Notes: a model not told the origin generated them from the letters alone. A stretch of 50,977 nucleotides of DNA from a virus (IMGVR_UViG_3300045733_000207:1-50977), one strand, 5' to 3'; counted from the first letter of the stretch, positions 29,486 to 37,641 are shown. Translations and numbers: made by a program.

Positions 29486-29544
29486 GGCCAACGCTGACAT
29501 GAGGCGCGGCGGGTGAGCCGTCGCCCTCCATGTGTTGGTTGGGC
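29486..29544 (-). mobile_element. attC-like site E (59 bp)
   Basis: GGCCAAC gctga CAT GAGG..GGCGG gtgag CCGTC..CCTC [C] ATG tgttg GTTGGGC. Confidence 0.8.
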
Positions 29545-29550
29545 AATGTT

Positions 29551-29715
29551 ATGGACGTAGATAAGAAATGGTTCAAGGATCAATTGTTCGTGATTGTGTA
29601 CCACACGGCGCACGAAAGCGAGTTGACACTGAGGGAGATGGTTCAGGCCCTTCACGAAGTGGCTGAACACGTCATGTTTCTGGAGGAAAAGAAGAATGAC
29701 AACGATGGAAGGTAA
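29551..29715 (+). CDS. Small hypothetical protein (cassette cargo)
   Basis: ATG 7 nt after site E. Confidence 0.5.
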   Translation: MDVDKKWFKDQLFVIVYHTAHESELTLREMVQALHEVAEHVMFLEEKKNDNDGR

Positions 29716-29881
29716 ATGTGCGGCACGTCTGCATTGGTTGCATGACTGTTCAATCGGAACATTGGATGTAGACGGCTATGAGTTTGTAACGGGGCAGGGC
29801 TTCACAATCGAAGCTGCTGCGCTCGCCGCCGAAGCTGACATAAAAGAGGCGTGTCAATCATGGGACTATGTAGTCGTCTAA
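29696..29881 (+). CDS. Small hypothetical protein (cassette cargo)
   Basis: GGAGG RBS; TAA stop lies inside the GTCTAAC box. Confidence 0.6.
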   Translation: MTTMEGKCAARLHWLHDCSIGTLDVDGYEFVTGQGFTIEAAALAAEADIKEACQSWDYVVV

Positions 29882-29934
29882 CGCCGCAACTCAGCCGCGA
29901 GCTTAGGCGAGTAGGCTGGTGTTGCTGGTTGGAA
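29876..29934 (-). mobile_element. attC-like site F (59 bp)
   Basis: GTCTAAC gccgca ACT CAGCCG ... [T] AGGCTG [G] TGT tgctg GTTGGAA. Confidence 0.8.
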
Positions 29935-29940
29935 CTGAAT

Positions 29941-30099
29941 ATGAAAACAACTTTAGATATGCTTAAAATGAGATTGTTCCTTTTGGAGAAATTGCGGGAT
30001 CAGATGGATGAAGATATTTTGCATGTATGGTTCGCATGGCAATGGGCGAAATATAGACATAGTTCCAACACTCAAGCTGAGGCTGAGAGAAGAGCGTAG
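29941..30099 (+). CDS. Small hypothetical protein (cassette cargo, AT-rich)
   Basis: Bounded by GTTGGAACT and AGTTCCAAC. Confidence 0.55.
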   Translation: MKTTLDMLKMRLFLLEKLRDQMDEDILHVWFAWQWAKYRHSSNTQAEAERRA

Positions 30100-30133
30100 C
30101 GATGAACGATAGATCTCCAGCGCCTTGTTCGGC
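30063..30133 (-). mobile_element. attC-like site G (weaker inner stem)
   Basis: TTCCAAC actcaa GCT GAG ... CTC [C] AGC gcctt GTTCGGC. Confidence 0.65.
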
Positions 30134-30596
30134 GGCTCCGGTCAAATGGAAAGGACGCGCTGTCTTTAGCTCGGCCCACGTCGAATGGGGAACTGACCCG
30201 GCACTAAAAGCGGCGCTCGACAAAGAGTTTAGGTTCACGCTCGATCCATGTACACCTGGACAAATATGGGATGGCAGGGCGATGTCGTGGGTCGGACATC
30301 GCGTCTTCTGTAATCCTCCATACGGTAAAGGCATGGACAAGTGGTTCGTCAAAGGGCCGGAAGCAGAACTCGCCGTGTTCCTTGTGCCTGCAAGAACCGA
30401 TGTGGGGTGGTTTCACGACTACGCGCTAAAAGCTGCCGAGATCAGATTCTTTCGTGGGCGTCTTAAATTTGTGGAGGGTCACGCTATCAAACCAGACAAA
30501 TTCTTTGGGACTGCGCCGTTCCCCTCGATGCTCGTAATTTTCAGGCGCGAGGATTCGCCGAACAGTGCAATATGCGTCAAGACGGTTTGCCATTAG
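30102..30596 (+). CDS. Phage N6-adenine DNA methyltransferase (Dam-like; cassette cargo)
   Basis: EW.T.P, FTLDPC, FCNPPY, LVPARTD, RGRLKF and APFPS motifs. Confidence 0.88.
   Translation: MNDRSPAPCSAAPVKWKGRAVFSSAHVEWGTDPALKAALDKEFRFTLDPCTPGQIWDGRAMSWVGHRVFCNPPYGKGMDKWFVKGPEAELAVFLVPARTDVGWFHDYALKAAEIRFFRGRLKFVEGHAIKPDKFFGTAPFPSMLVIFRREDSPNSAICVKTVCH
30557..30579 (-). mobile_element. attI-like terminal site 2
   Basis: GCCGAAC-agtgc-AATATGCGTCA with no hairpin partner; matches 21245-21267. Confidence 0.6.
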
Positions 30597-30635
30597 AACG
30601 AAACAAGCTGTCCGAGCAGCGGCAGCGAATAAAGG

Positions 30636-30775
30636 TTGACAGTGCGCGGGGATTTGGTAGGATGTGCGACATGCTAGAGTTAAATCAGAATCAGTTTGAA
30701 TCCCGTTCAAGTGGCGCAAGCCATTTCTTCCCGCAAGGGGAAACTCTAGCAGGCTTGGGCGGGATTCTTTTTTTT
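30636..30775 (+). ncRNA. Promoter plus multi-stem leader RNA/terminator with antisense box, upstream of the replication genes
   Basis: TTGACA...TGGTAGGAT; stem 30698-30711/30754-30767 followed by T8; two GCAA tetraloop hairpins; 30742-30751 is complementary to 30672-30681. Confidence 0.65.
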
Positions 30776-30795
30776 ACAGGGAAAAGAGGATTGCC

Positions 30796-31449
30796 ATGTA
30801 TGGTAAATTATTTGTTTCGATGTACGAGGGGTCAATGGTTGGAGCTGGTGCCAATGTTTTTGCGTTATGGGGTTATTGCATAGCCAAAGCCGATCCAGAG
30901 GATCACACTGTTATTTTGAATCCCGAACTTTTAGCAAAGATCATTGGTACTACTGCCGAGGAAATATCAAAGTCATTGACATTTTTGACATCGCCTGATC
31001 CTAACTCAAAAAATGGAGATCACGGCGGTTGCAGGTTGTTACATCAATCAGGATTCCAGTATTTCCTTGTGAGTCACGAACACTATCGGAACATCAAAAA
31101 CAGCGAAGACGTAAGGGCTTACAACAGAGAAATGAAACGTAGAGAACGTGAAAGGAAGGCGTTGAAGGTAAATGTCAATGACAGTCATGGACAAGTCAAT
31201 GACTCTGCCTCTGCTTCTGTATCTGATATTGGGGATTGTCAAGGGGGACATACGCTCGCCGAGTGTCTAGCTGCTTCTGAGGGAATTGGAATGAAGCCTG
31301 ACGATGTTAAGAAGTTCTTCGACTACTACGACGGGGTTAAAGGCTGGGGTACAATCAAAGGCAGTCTCAAGTCAGCGTTGTCATACTGGAAATCCAACAG
31401 CCATAATTTCGACAAGCCTAAATCACGAACCCGCCCAGTGAACATATGA
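30796..31449 (+). CDS. Putative replication initiator
   Basis: N-terminal HTH-like region, charged linker, C-terminal FFDYY..KGW...W domain; coupled to the primase-helicase. Confidence 0.6.
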   Translation: MYGKLFVSMYEGSMVGAGANVFALWGYCIAKADPEDHTVILNPELLAKIIGTTAEEISKSLTFLTSPDPNSKNGDHGGCRLLHQSGFQYFLVSHEHYRNIKNSEDVRAYNREMKRRERERKALKVNVNDSHGQVNDSASASVSDIGDCQGGHTLAECLAASEGIGMKPDDVKKFFDYYDGVKGWGTIKGSLKSALSYWKSNSHNFDKPKSRTRPVNI

Positions 31450-33059
31450 ACATGCAAGATTTTCTTTCCCGGTTGCAAAAGGTTAGCAAGACCTCAAAGG
31501 GCTGGCAAGCGTGTTGTCCGTCCCATGCTGATACAACGCCGTCCCTTTCTGTTGACGAAGGAGAAAAAGGAATTGTTCTTACGTGTCGCGCTGGTTGTGA
31601 TACTGAGAAGGTCGTTGCCGCAATGGGTTTGAAAATGTCAGACCTATTTCGGGACTCATCAAAGGAAGTCATAATCACGCCTATCAAGCGGCAGGTCGTT
31701 GAAAGTTACGTGTACACCGACGCGCTTGGCAAGCCACTTTTCAGGACATGCCGAATTGAGCCAGGCAAGGACGGTCGCAAGAAAGACTTTGCGCAACAGG
31801 GAATTGGGGCAGACGGAAAATATCAGAACAACATGGAAGGCATGATCCGCGTCTTATACAATCTTCCGGCAGTATTGAAGTCTGAACAGGTCGTAATCTG
31901 TGAGGGGGAGCGCAAAGCAAATTGGATCAACGAAACAGGATACGTAGCAACGTGCAATGTTGGAGGCGCGGGGAAGTGGCTTGACGCTTGGACTGATTGC
32001 CTTGCCGGGAAATCTATTGTTATTTGTGCCGACAATGACGAACCCGGTCAGAACCATGCACGCCTTTTACACAAGGCTCTATCAGGACACGTCAAAGAAA
32101 TTCTTCATATCCGAGTACCGAAACCACACAATGACATTGTTGACTATTTCCGCAGTGTAGGCATGGACAAGGACACACGTACAAAGGCGTTCATTGATTT
32201 GCTCATGGCCGGAATGCCTGTCCCGCAAAATCTTGATGTGCCTATCCGCTCAATGGCGCAACTAGAAGAAGAATACATCGCATTCATTGCTAAATCTTCC
32301 AATACAGTTTTACTTCTTGGCAACTGGTTGCCAGCGTATCGAACCTTGCGGGGAATTGTACCCGGAGAGATGGTTACGATCATTTCAGATACCGGCGTTG
32401 GCAAAACAATGGTGCTGCATAATATAGCGTTATCAGCATCGCCGCTCTATGTCCTGTTGTTTGAATTGGAGTTGCCGAGCAGTTTAACCTTTGAACGGCT
32501 TGCCGCACTCACAACGGAATGTAGTGGATATGACATCGAGTCATTCTACAAGTCAACCAAACCCGTCCACTGGCAACGAAACGAACAGGTCAAGCGGATA
32601 TTCACCTGTTCAGAATCAAATCTATCAGTTGAGAAAATCAGGGAGATATTGCACAAGGCTGAATTGGCAATGGGCGTTAAACCCGCTGTTGTGATGATTG
32701 ATTACATCCAGTTGATGCAAGGCAGGGGTAGTCGCTACGAGAAAACATCAGACGTTGCAGAACAGTTAAAGGTGCTCGCCAAAGAGGAAAACGTAATATT
32801 GATCCTTGCATCTCAAGTATCCCGCGATGGCTCAGAGCAAATAACATTGCACTCGTCTAAAGATAGCGGGGCAATAGAAAATTCATCAGGTTGCGTTCTC
32901 GGTGCATGGCGCGACGAACATGAACGCGACAGCATTTATATCAAGCTTCTGAAGTTCACCAAAGGCCGCGCCGGAGAATTTGCAGCCGTAAAATGCACCA
33001 TTGACCGCTCATTGAGAATTAAGGAGGCAATGCCCTTTGACAAAGATGACCCGCGCTGA
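31446..33059 (+). CDS. Bifunctional primase-helicase (Zn finger + TOPRIM + DnaB-like SF4)
   Basis: CCPSHAD..PSLS...CRAGC; ICEGE...ADNDEPG; DTGVGKT; IDYIQL; ASQVSR; KDSGAIE. Confidence 0.92.
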   Translation: MNMQDFLSRLQKVSKTSKGWQACCPSHADTTPSLSVDEGEKGIVLTCRAGCDTEKVVAAMGLKMSDLFRDSSKEVIITPIKRQVVESYVYTDALGKPLFRTCRIEPGKDGRKKDFAQQGIGADGKYQNNMEGMIRVLYNLPAVLKSEQVVICEGERKANWINETGYVATCNVGGAGKWLDAWTDCLAGKSIVICADNDEPGQNHARLLHKALSGHVKEILHIRVPKPHNDIVDYFRSVGMDKDTRTKAFIDLLMAGMPVPQNLDVPIRSMAQLEEEYIAFIAKSSNTVLLLGNWLPAYRTLRGIVPGEMVTIISDTGVGKTMVLHNIALSASPLYVLLFELELPSSLTFERLAALTTECSGYDIESFYKSTKPVHWQRNEQVKRIFTCSESNLSVEKIREILHKAELAMGVKPAVVMIDYIQLMQGRGSRYEKTSDVAEQLKVLAKEENVILILASQVSRDGSEQITLHSSKDSGAIENSSGCVLGAWRDEHERDSIYIKLLKFTKGRAGEFAAVKCTIDRSLRIKEAMPFDKDDPR

Positions 33060-33183
33060 AAAGATTGACCACAATGTAGATTACTACGTTGCAATGATTG
33101 ACCGTCAAGGATTGCGTAAGGTGCTCAGGATGATTCTCGCAATGTTAGACCAAGCAAGAAAGAAAGCAGGGTACAAACCATGA
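33046..33183 (+). CDS. 45-aa hypothetical protein (absent from the ORF track)
   Basis: Own translation MTRAEKIDHNVDYYVAMIDRQGLRKVLRMI...; ATGA coupling to the next gene. Confidence 0.5.
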   Translation: MTRAEKIDHNVDYYVAMIDRQGLRKVLRMILAMLDQARKKAGYKP

Positions 33184-33368
33184 TCCTCGAAACGAGACAG
33201 CAACGAGTGGACCGGCTGACAAAGTACTATGTCAAACTCGTGGAGAAGGACGGACTGGAGCCGGTAATCAGATTCTTACGTGAGGTCATCGAAAGTCACA
33301 ACAGCGGCAACAAGCCAAGGTTGGACTCGGTGGAAAGCAACGCCCCGGCTCCGAAGGAGAAAGTATGA
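33180..33368 (+). CDS. Hypothetical protein
   Basis: 62-aa ORF resembling the preceding gene. Confidence 0.55.
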   Translation: MILETRQQRVDRLTKYYVKLVEKDGLEPVIRFLREVIESHNSGNKPRLDSVESNAPAPKEKV

Positions 33369-33395
33369 CAATAATTTTTGCTTGTTGTTGATAGT

Positions 33396-33749
33396 TTATT
33401 CATCACCGAGTCTCAACCACGCCTGATGTTTTTTCCAGCATGACCGACAATAGTACCGTTTCCCTAATTGCCTTGCCGCCCTTTGTCCGCAAGCACAGAT
33501 TCGACTATGGATAATCGCCGCCTTCCTTTTCCGGGAATACAGAATCCGTTGACACGCCCTGCAATGCAGGTATGGTTTACCGGTGAGCTTGTATATTCCT
33601 TTTCGTGGTGGAACCTTGCCGCAAGTCGAGCATAGATGTTTGAGCACCAGACTACGCCGGTAAAATCGCATGTACCCGGAATGATTACCTCTCCATTCAT
33701 TGCCGCGCTCTTGAGCCAATGGACGATTGCAAGTTGGACAGTTATCCAT
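33396..33749 (-). CDS. Multi-CxxC zinc-finger protein
   Basis: Several CxxC pairs; likely start MDNCPTC. Confidence 0.5.
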   Translation of the reverse strand: MDNCPTCNRPLAQERGNEWRGNHSGYMRFYRRSLVLKHLCSTCGKVPPRKGIYKLTGKPYLHCRACQRILYSRKRKAAIIHSRICACGQRAARQLGKRYYCRSCWKKHQAWLRLGDE

Positions 33750-34041
33750 GTGGATGTTTTTCAAAGTGCTTCTCCATTTCTGCATTTTCGAGTGTGCGTC
33801 GTTCTTCGATCCGATGTTCCGCGTTGGCTTCGTCTTGAATTTCATCATCTTGTTCATGCCTTACATTATGGCAAGCCCGGCATAAGAGGAAATTTGCTCC
33901 TGATGAATTGCTGCCGCCTTCTGATTTTGGTGGAACGTGGTGCAAAGTCAAGTCGTTAGGAGAAAATGTCTTCTCACAATCCACGCAACATCCGACTTGC
34001 GACATATACAACGCCATAAACCGCCTGTTGTTTATTCTCAC
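33742..34041 (-). CDS. HNH endonuclease
   Basis: CVDC...LTLHHVPPKSEGG...N..LLCRACHNVRH. Confidence 0.85.
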   Translation of the reverse strand: MRINNRRFMALYMSQVGCCVDCEKTFSPNDLTLHHVPPKSEGGSNSSGANFLLCRACHNVRHEQDDEIQDEANAEHRIEERRTLENAEMEKHFEKHPHG

Positions 34042-34229
34042 TAGACCCGCCCTTCCTGCTCCAGCCTGAGCCGTGTCCTGTTAGCTGCCCCGCGCCAGAC
34101 TAGCCACTGATGCAGCCGTGGGCGTAACCGTTTCCATTCGCCTCGGCACAGTTGCCATACATAGCGCAAGCTTGCCGCCGTGACTGCCAAGGACAAGCTG
34201 ATGATTGCTACAGTGAGCAGTAGCTTCAT
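34041..34229 (-). CDS. Small membrane protein
   Basis: Hydrophobic N-terminus; coupled to neighbours. Confidence 0.5.
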   Translation of the reverse strand: MKLLLTVAIISLSLAVTAASLRYVWQLCRGEWKRLRPRLHQWLVWRGAANRTRLRLEQEGRV

Positions 34230-34513
34230 TTCCGCACCTCCATCAGTTTATCGGCTTGCTGGTTAATGCAGTTCCTTGTTGCCGCCAATTGCGCCCGGTA
34301 CGATTCTGCTCTGTCAGGTCGTAACTGTTCTAACGTGCTAGCATCACGCTCAACACGGAGCAAATCATCTTCTAGCTCCGCCAGTTCCGCAGCATGTTCC
34401 ATCTCGGGCGTTATTTCCAATTCATTGAGTGTACCGAGATGATACCCACGCCCGCCGCAATCCTGACATGTGATCACGCCGTTACCCTGACATGATTCGC
34501 AAGTACATTTCAT
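34226..34513 (-). CDS. Protein with DnaJ-type CxxCxGxG zinc repeats
   Basis: CESCQGNG and CQDCGGRG. Confidence 0.65.
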   Translation of the reverse strand: MKCTCESCQGNGVITCQDCGGRGYHLGTLNELEITPEMEHAAELAELEDDLLRVERDASTLEQLRPDRAESYRAQLAATRNCINQQADKLMEVRK

Positions 34514-34693
34514 TTTACCACCTCCTTTGGCCCGTCGCTGATACTGACTTCCGGCGCGCCAACTGGTTGCCAGCCTGCAAGGTATTTCCCGCCGGCGCGT
34601 GCCTGCCGCACAGCTTCCCGCAGTGCCGCGGCCTGGTCGCTTGCCTCGTACTCAATTTCCGTGCGCTCATAGGTGCGCCGGAGTAACACTGAT

Positions 34694-35020
34694 CTATAGG
34701 TCATTTGATGTGTCCTTTCTGATGTTGGTGAGCCATGACTTTTTTGGCATATGTCCACAAATCTGACATACCCATTTTGATCTACCATTACCTAAATCCT
34801 TGGCAACTTGATTTGTGTGTGTCCGGCATTTTGCGCATACTTGCCAGCGTTTCCCTTCGGCCTGTCGTACTGTGTCGGGCGTGGGATCGTATTGCTTGAA
34901 TGGTTTGAAAGGATGTGGAGCTTTGTCCCGTACTTCGTATGGTGTGACGCTGAGAATCACATCAAACATATGGGAACACTTAGGACAACACAGAGAAAGA
35001 GCTTTGTCTATCGTGGGCAT
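34694..35020 (-). CDS. Zinc-ribbon hypothetical protein
   Basis: CPKC, CAKC and CQIC; GAGGG RBS. Confidence 0.6.
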   Translation of the reverse strand: MPTIDKALSLCCPKCSHMFDVILSVTPYEVRDKAPHPFKPFKQYDPTPDTVRQAEGKRWQVCAKCRTHTNQVAKDLGNGRSKWVCQICGHMPKKSWLTNIRKDTSNDL

Positions 35021-35600
35021 AGTTGAACCCTCTCTCTTAGTTGTGTTTGAAGATCACATTCAGGCAGACGGGACTTTTCCCTCTTTTCCTTCGACCAGTA
35101 CGATCCAGTATCACACTCAGGAGCGGCTATGCCCACCGCTAGGGCCGGTATCTTATTTTCTGACACTCTTTCGGCTGTCGTAGTGCTCTGGACGCCAGCC
35201 ATTCCGAGAATCAGTCCGAGGATTTCTCCCTCAGCACGCCATAGCCTATCGGCTACTTTCCGGGTCGCAAAGTCCTTACAAGCGTTGCCCGATTTCCTGA
35301 ATCGTAACAAGTTAGACAGTGGGGAGAGAAAAGAGCATCCCGCAGCCGTTAGACAGTTCAGAACAATGCAACGGCTCTTGTAGGAACCGGCTACGGGATG
35401 CAAAGATAAATCTAAGTCGCGCAGTTTGCATTGTTCTTTTGTCCTTCTGCTTTTACTGTCTGATGCGAACATTGGACTATTCTCTTTTATGTGTCAACAA
35501 CTTTCTTTTTACGCAAACATGATGACCGCAATCGCCCACGCCATTGCGCCGAGCACCAGCCCACCTGCAACGGTGACAAGAATTTCTCTGATAAGCTTGG

Positions 35601-35930
35601 TCATACTGATTTCACTCCTCTGTTGCAAACGTCCATCATGCCCTTTCTAAATGCCGCGTGATCATCCGCGTTCAGTGGTATGTCATCCAGGAACCCCACC
35701 GCGACAGCCCTATCTATGATGTTGCCGGTCAATGGCTGATACGGCGCCGCCCCGTTTTCCTCACGCTCCCAGGAGTCAATAATTCCCTGCATTCCTCGCA
35801 TGAGAATTGGATGATCAGGTACATCTTCCGCAGCATTGAGATTCTCCCGGTGGCACAAGTTGCCCGCTGTGTCGGTGATCCGGGCAACGAGTGTTAGTTC
35901 GAGTTGATAGCCTTTGTATGTCTGTTTCAT
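35601..35930 (-). CDS. Hypothetical protein
   Basis: Likely start MKQTYKGY; packed in the minus-strand operon. Confidence 0.55.
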   Translation of the reverse strand: MKQTYKGYQLELTLVARITDTAGNLCHRENLNAAEDVPDHPILMRGMQGIIDSWEREENGAAPYQPLTGNIIDRAVAVGFLDDIPLNADDHAAFRKGMMDVCNRGVKSV

Positions 35931-36151
35931 ACTGTTACCCTTTCGCTTTGGCTTTCCTTTTCGCATTCGCTGCATAATATAGTCTTTGCCTTCTTCTCCG
36001 CCTTCACCTTGTCCAATTCCGCTTGACCGTTAGCCAGTATCAACCGGCCTTTGCAGCCGCACTTTACGCAACGGTATTTGATGTTGCAAGCTATCCAGTT
36101 CACGCTGTTGACCTTTCCCGTTTCGATGTCCACAAGTTCGATGATCTCCAT
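35927..36151 (-). CDS. Small zinc-binding hypothetical protein
   Basis: CVKC...CSEC. Confidence 0.55.
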   Translation of the reverse strand: MEIIELVDIETGKVNSVNWIACNIKYRCVKCGCKGRLILANGQAELDKVKAEKKAKTILCSECEKESQSERVTV

Positions 36152-36154
36152 GAT

Positions 36155-36586
36155 TCAATCTTCCGTCGGTAACATGATAGTTATGACAGGCTCCATATCA
36201 TCACCCGGACCGCAAAGACTGTACAGGTCAACCTTCTTGTGCCGCCCGTCGCCCCGTACGTCCACGAGCACGGAGAAGTCAACCCGGCTTCCCTTTACGT
36301 GCTTTATCGCACTACGCAACATCCAGAATACATCATGCAGCCTGCCGGTAACGTCCTGGCCGCCCGGAAGTTTCAACGTTTCACCTTCTCCATCGTCAGC
36401 CCCTGCTTCCCATGTCCCGCCAGCCTCTACACTTTCCGCCCATGCCGCCCTTGTCATCGCAACGGGAAACTTGAAACCGTCGTTCTTTGCATGTTCTGTC
36501 ACGTCCACTAGTGCTCCGTCCGATATGCCCATTTGTCGGCTGTATGTGCTTATTGCCTCTCCAAAGATTTCTGTCATTGTGTCCAT
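36155..36586 (-). CDS. Conserved phage/plasmid-type hypothetical protein
   Basis: YSR...DG.LVDV, FPVAMT, GRLHDV and GPGD..EPVITIMLP.ED motifs; family recognised from memory only. Confidence 0.65.
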   Translation of the reverse strand: MDTMTEIFGEAISTYSRQMGISDGALVDVTEHAKNDGFKFPVAMTRAAWAESVEAGGTWEAGADDGEGETLKLPGGQDVTGRLHDVFWMLRSAIKHVKGSRVDFSVLVDVRGDGRHKKVDLYSLCGPGDDMEPVITIMLPTED

Positions 36587-36598
36587 AATTTGCCCCTT

Positions 36599-36811
36599 TC
36601 ACGTTGCCAGCGAGTACCAACGATCTGACCGTTTCATTTCCCGGAAAGCCCGTTTGACTGAGTCGTGTTTGCTCTCCGCCAAGTATCCGGCCAATGCCCT
36701 AATATGGCAACCGTCCCAATTCTCCGGGAACCGTTCCACGTTCTTATTGAGTATCGTTTTGAGATTTTCGCACAATTCCCGCACTATCCGCTTCCTGTCT
36801 CTGAGTTTCAT
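36599..36811 (-). CDS. Hypothetical protein
   Basis: Packed in the minus-strand operon. Confidence 0.55.
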   Translation of the reverse strand: MKLRDRKRIVRELCENLKTILNKNVERFPENWDGCHIRALAGYLAESKHDSVKRAFREMKRSDRWYSLAT

Positions 36812-37116
36812 TTATGCGCCCCCTTCAGTCTGATTGATTGCCGCCTTGCACGCCTTGCATCCGCTACCTTCAGCCTGTGCCGCTATTGCCTCCTTCTGTT
36901 CTAACCAGCGGAAACCCGGCAAACATTCCGCCTTGTAATTCATCCGCGCCGATGCCGTGTAACGTCCCTTGTCATTCAGTGTCCCGGCTTTGTTCAGCAA
37001 ATCAACAGCATAAGCCGCTTGCTCGCAGACTGCCCTTTTGTCCTCTTCTGCGTCCCAGTAAATCAAGTTGCCTTTCGCTATGTACATTATTCCGCCCGCT
37101 CTGGCCTGTTGGCCTG

Positions 37117-37641
37117 TTACTCTTTCGCCCACTTGATCAACGCCGCTTCGCTCATCTGGTCTGGCGTCAACTCGCATTGTGCATGCAACCACGCGATGAA
37201 GTCGTAAGCACGGAGAAACGCAAGCTGCTTAACCACGACAATGTGTTGTCCGTCGTACACGCTCAATATGCACGATGCACCCAAGTCAAGAACAACCTCT
37301 GTCTCATGCGTCACGAGAAACTGTTTATCCCTCTCGCTTACCAATTCCCACGCCGTACACCCGCCGCCCGTCTCCGTCTCATTGAATCCCATCAGCTCAA
37401 ACGCTGACCGGCATTCCCGCTCGGTCTCGGACATTGCGTCTCCGTTGTCCTCGTCCTCCCTGTCATCGTGGTCGATCATCGTACGCGCCTCGGCGGCGCA
37501 CTCGTCGCACTCATCCTGAGTGAGATCGTCGCATTCTCCGGGGAACATGCTCCGCATGTTGTCCACTGTGAAATAGTCCGCGACATCGTCCAACTCCACG
37601 CGATCACCATTGAAAAACCCACTCTGTTCTATCGTTAGCAT
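37117..37641 (-). CDS. Acidic hypothetical protein, first gene of the leftward operon
   Basis: AGGAGGAG RBS; Asp/Glu-rich N-terminal half. Confidence 0.65.
   Translation of the reverse strand: MLTIEQSGFFNGDRVELDDVADYFTVDNMRSMFPGECDDLTQDECDECAAEARTMIDHDDREDEDNGDAMSETERECRSAFELMGFNETETGGGCTAWELVSERDKQFLVTHETEVVLDLGASCILSVYDGQHIVVVKQLAFLRAYDFIAWLHAQCELTPDQMSEAALIKWAKE

Noticed and set aside
27643-30579. CRISPR array
   Set aside because: The sites share structure rather than sequence and are separated by whole genes; there are no cas genes.
33334-33392. Possible attC-like site (AAGCAAC...GTTGATA; in-frame AAC; RBS and ATGA inside)
   Set aside because: The arms do not pair convincingly; at best a remnant.
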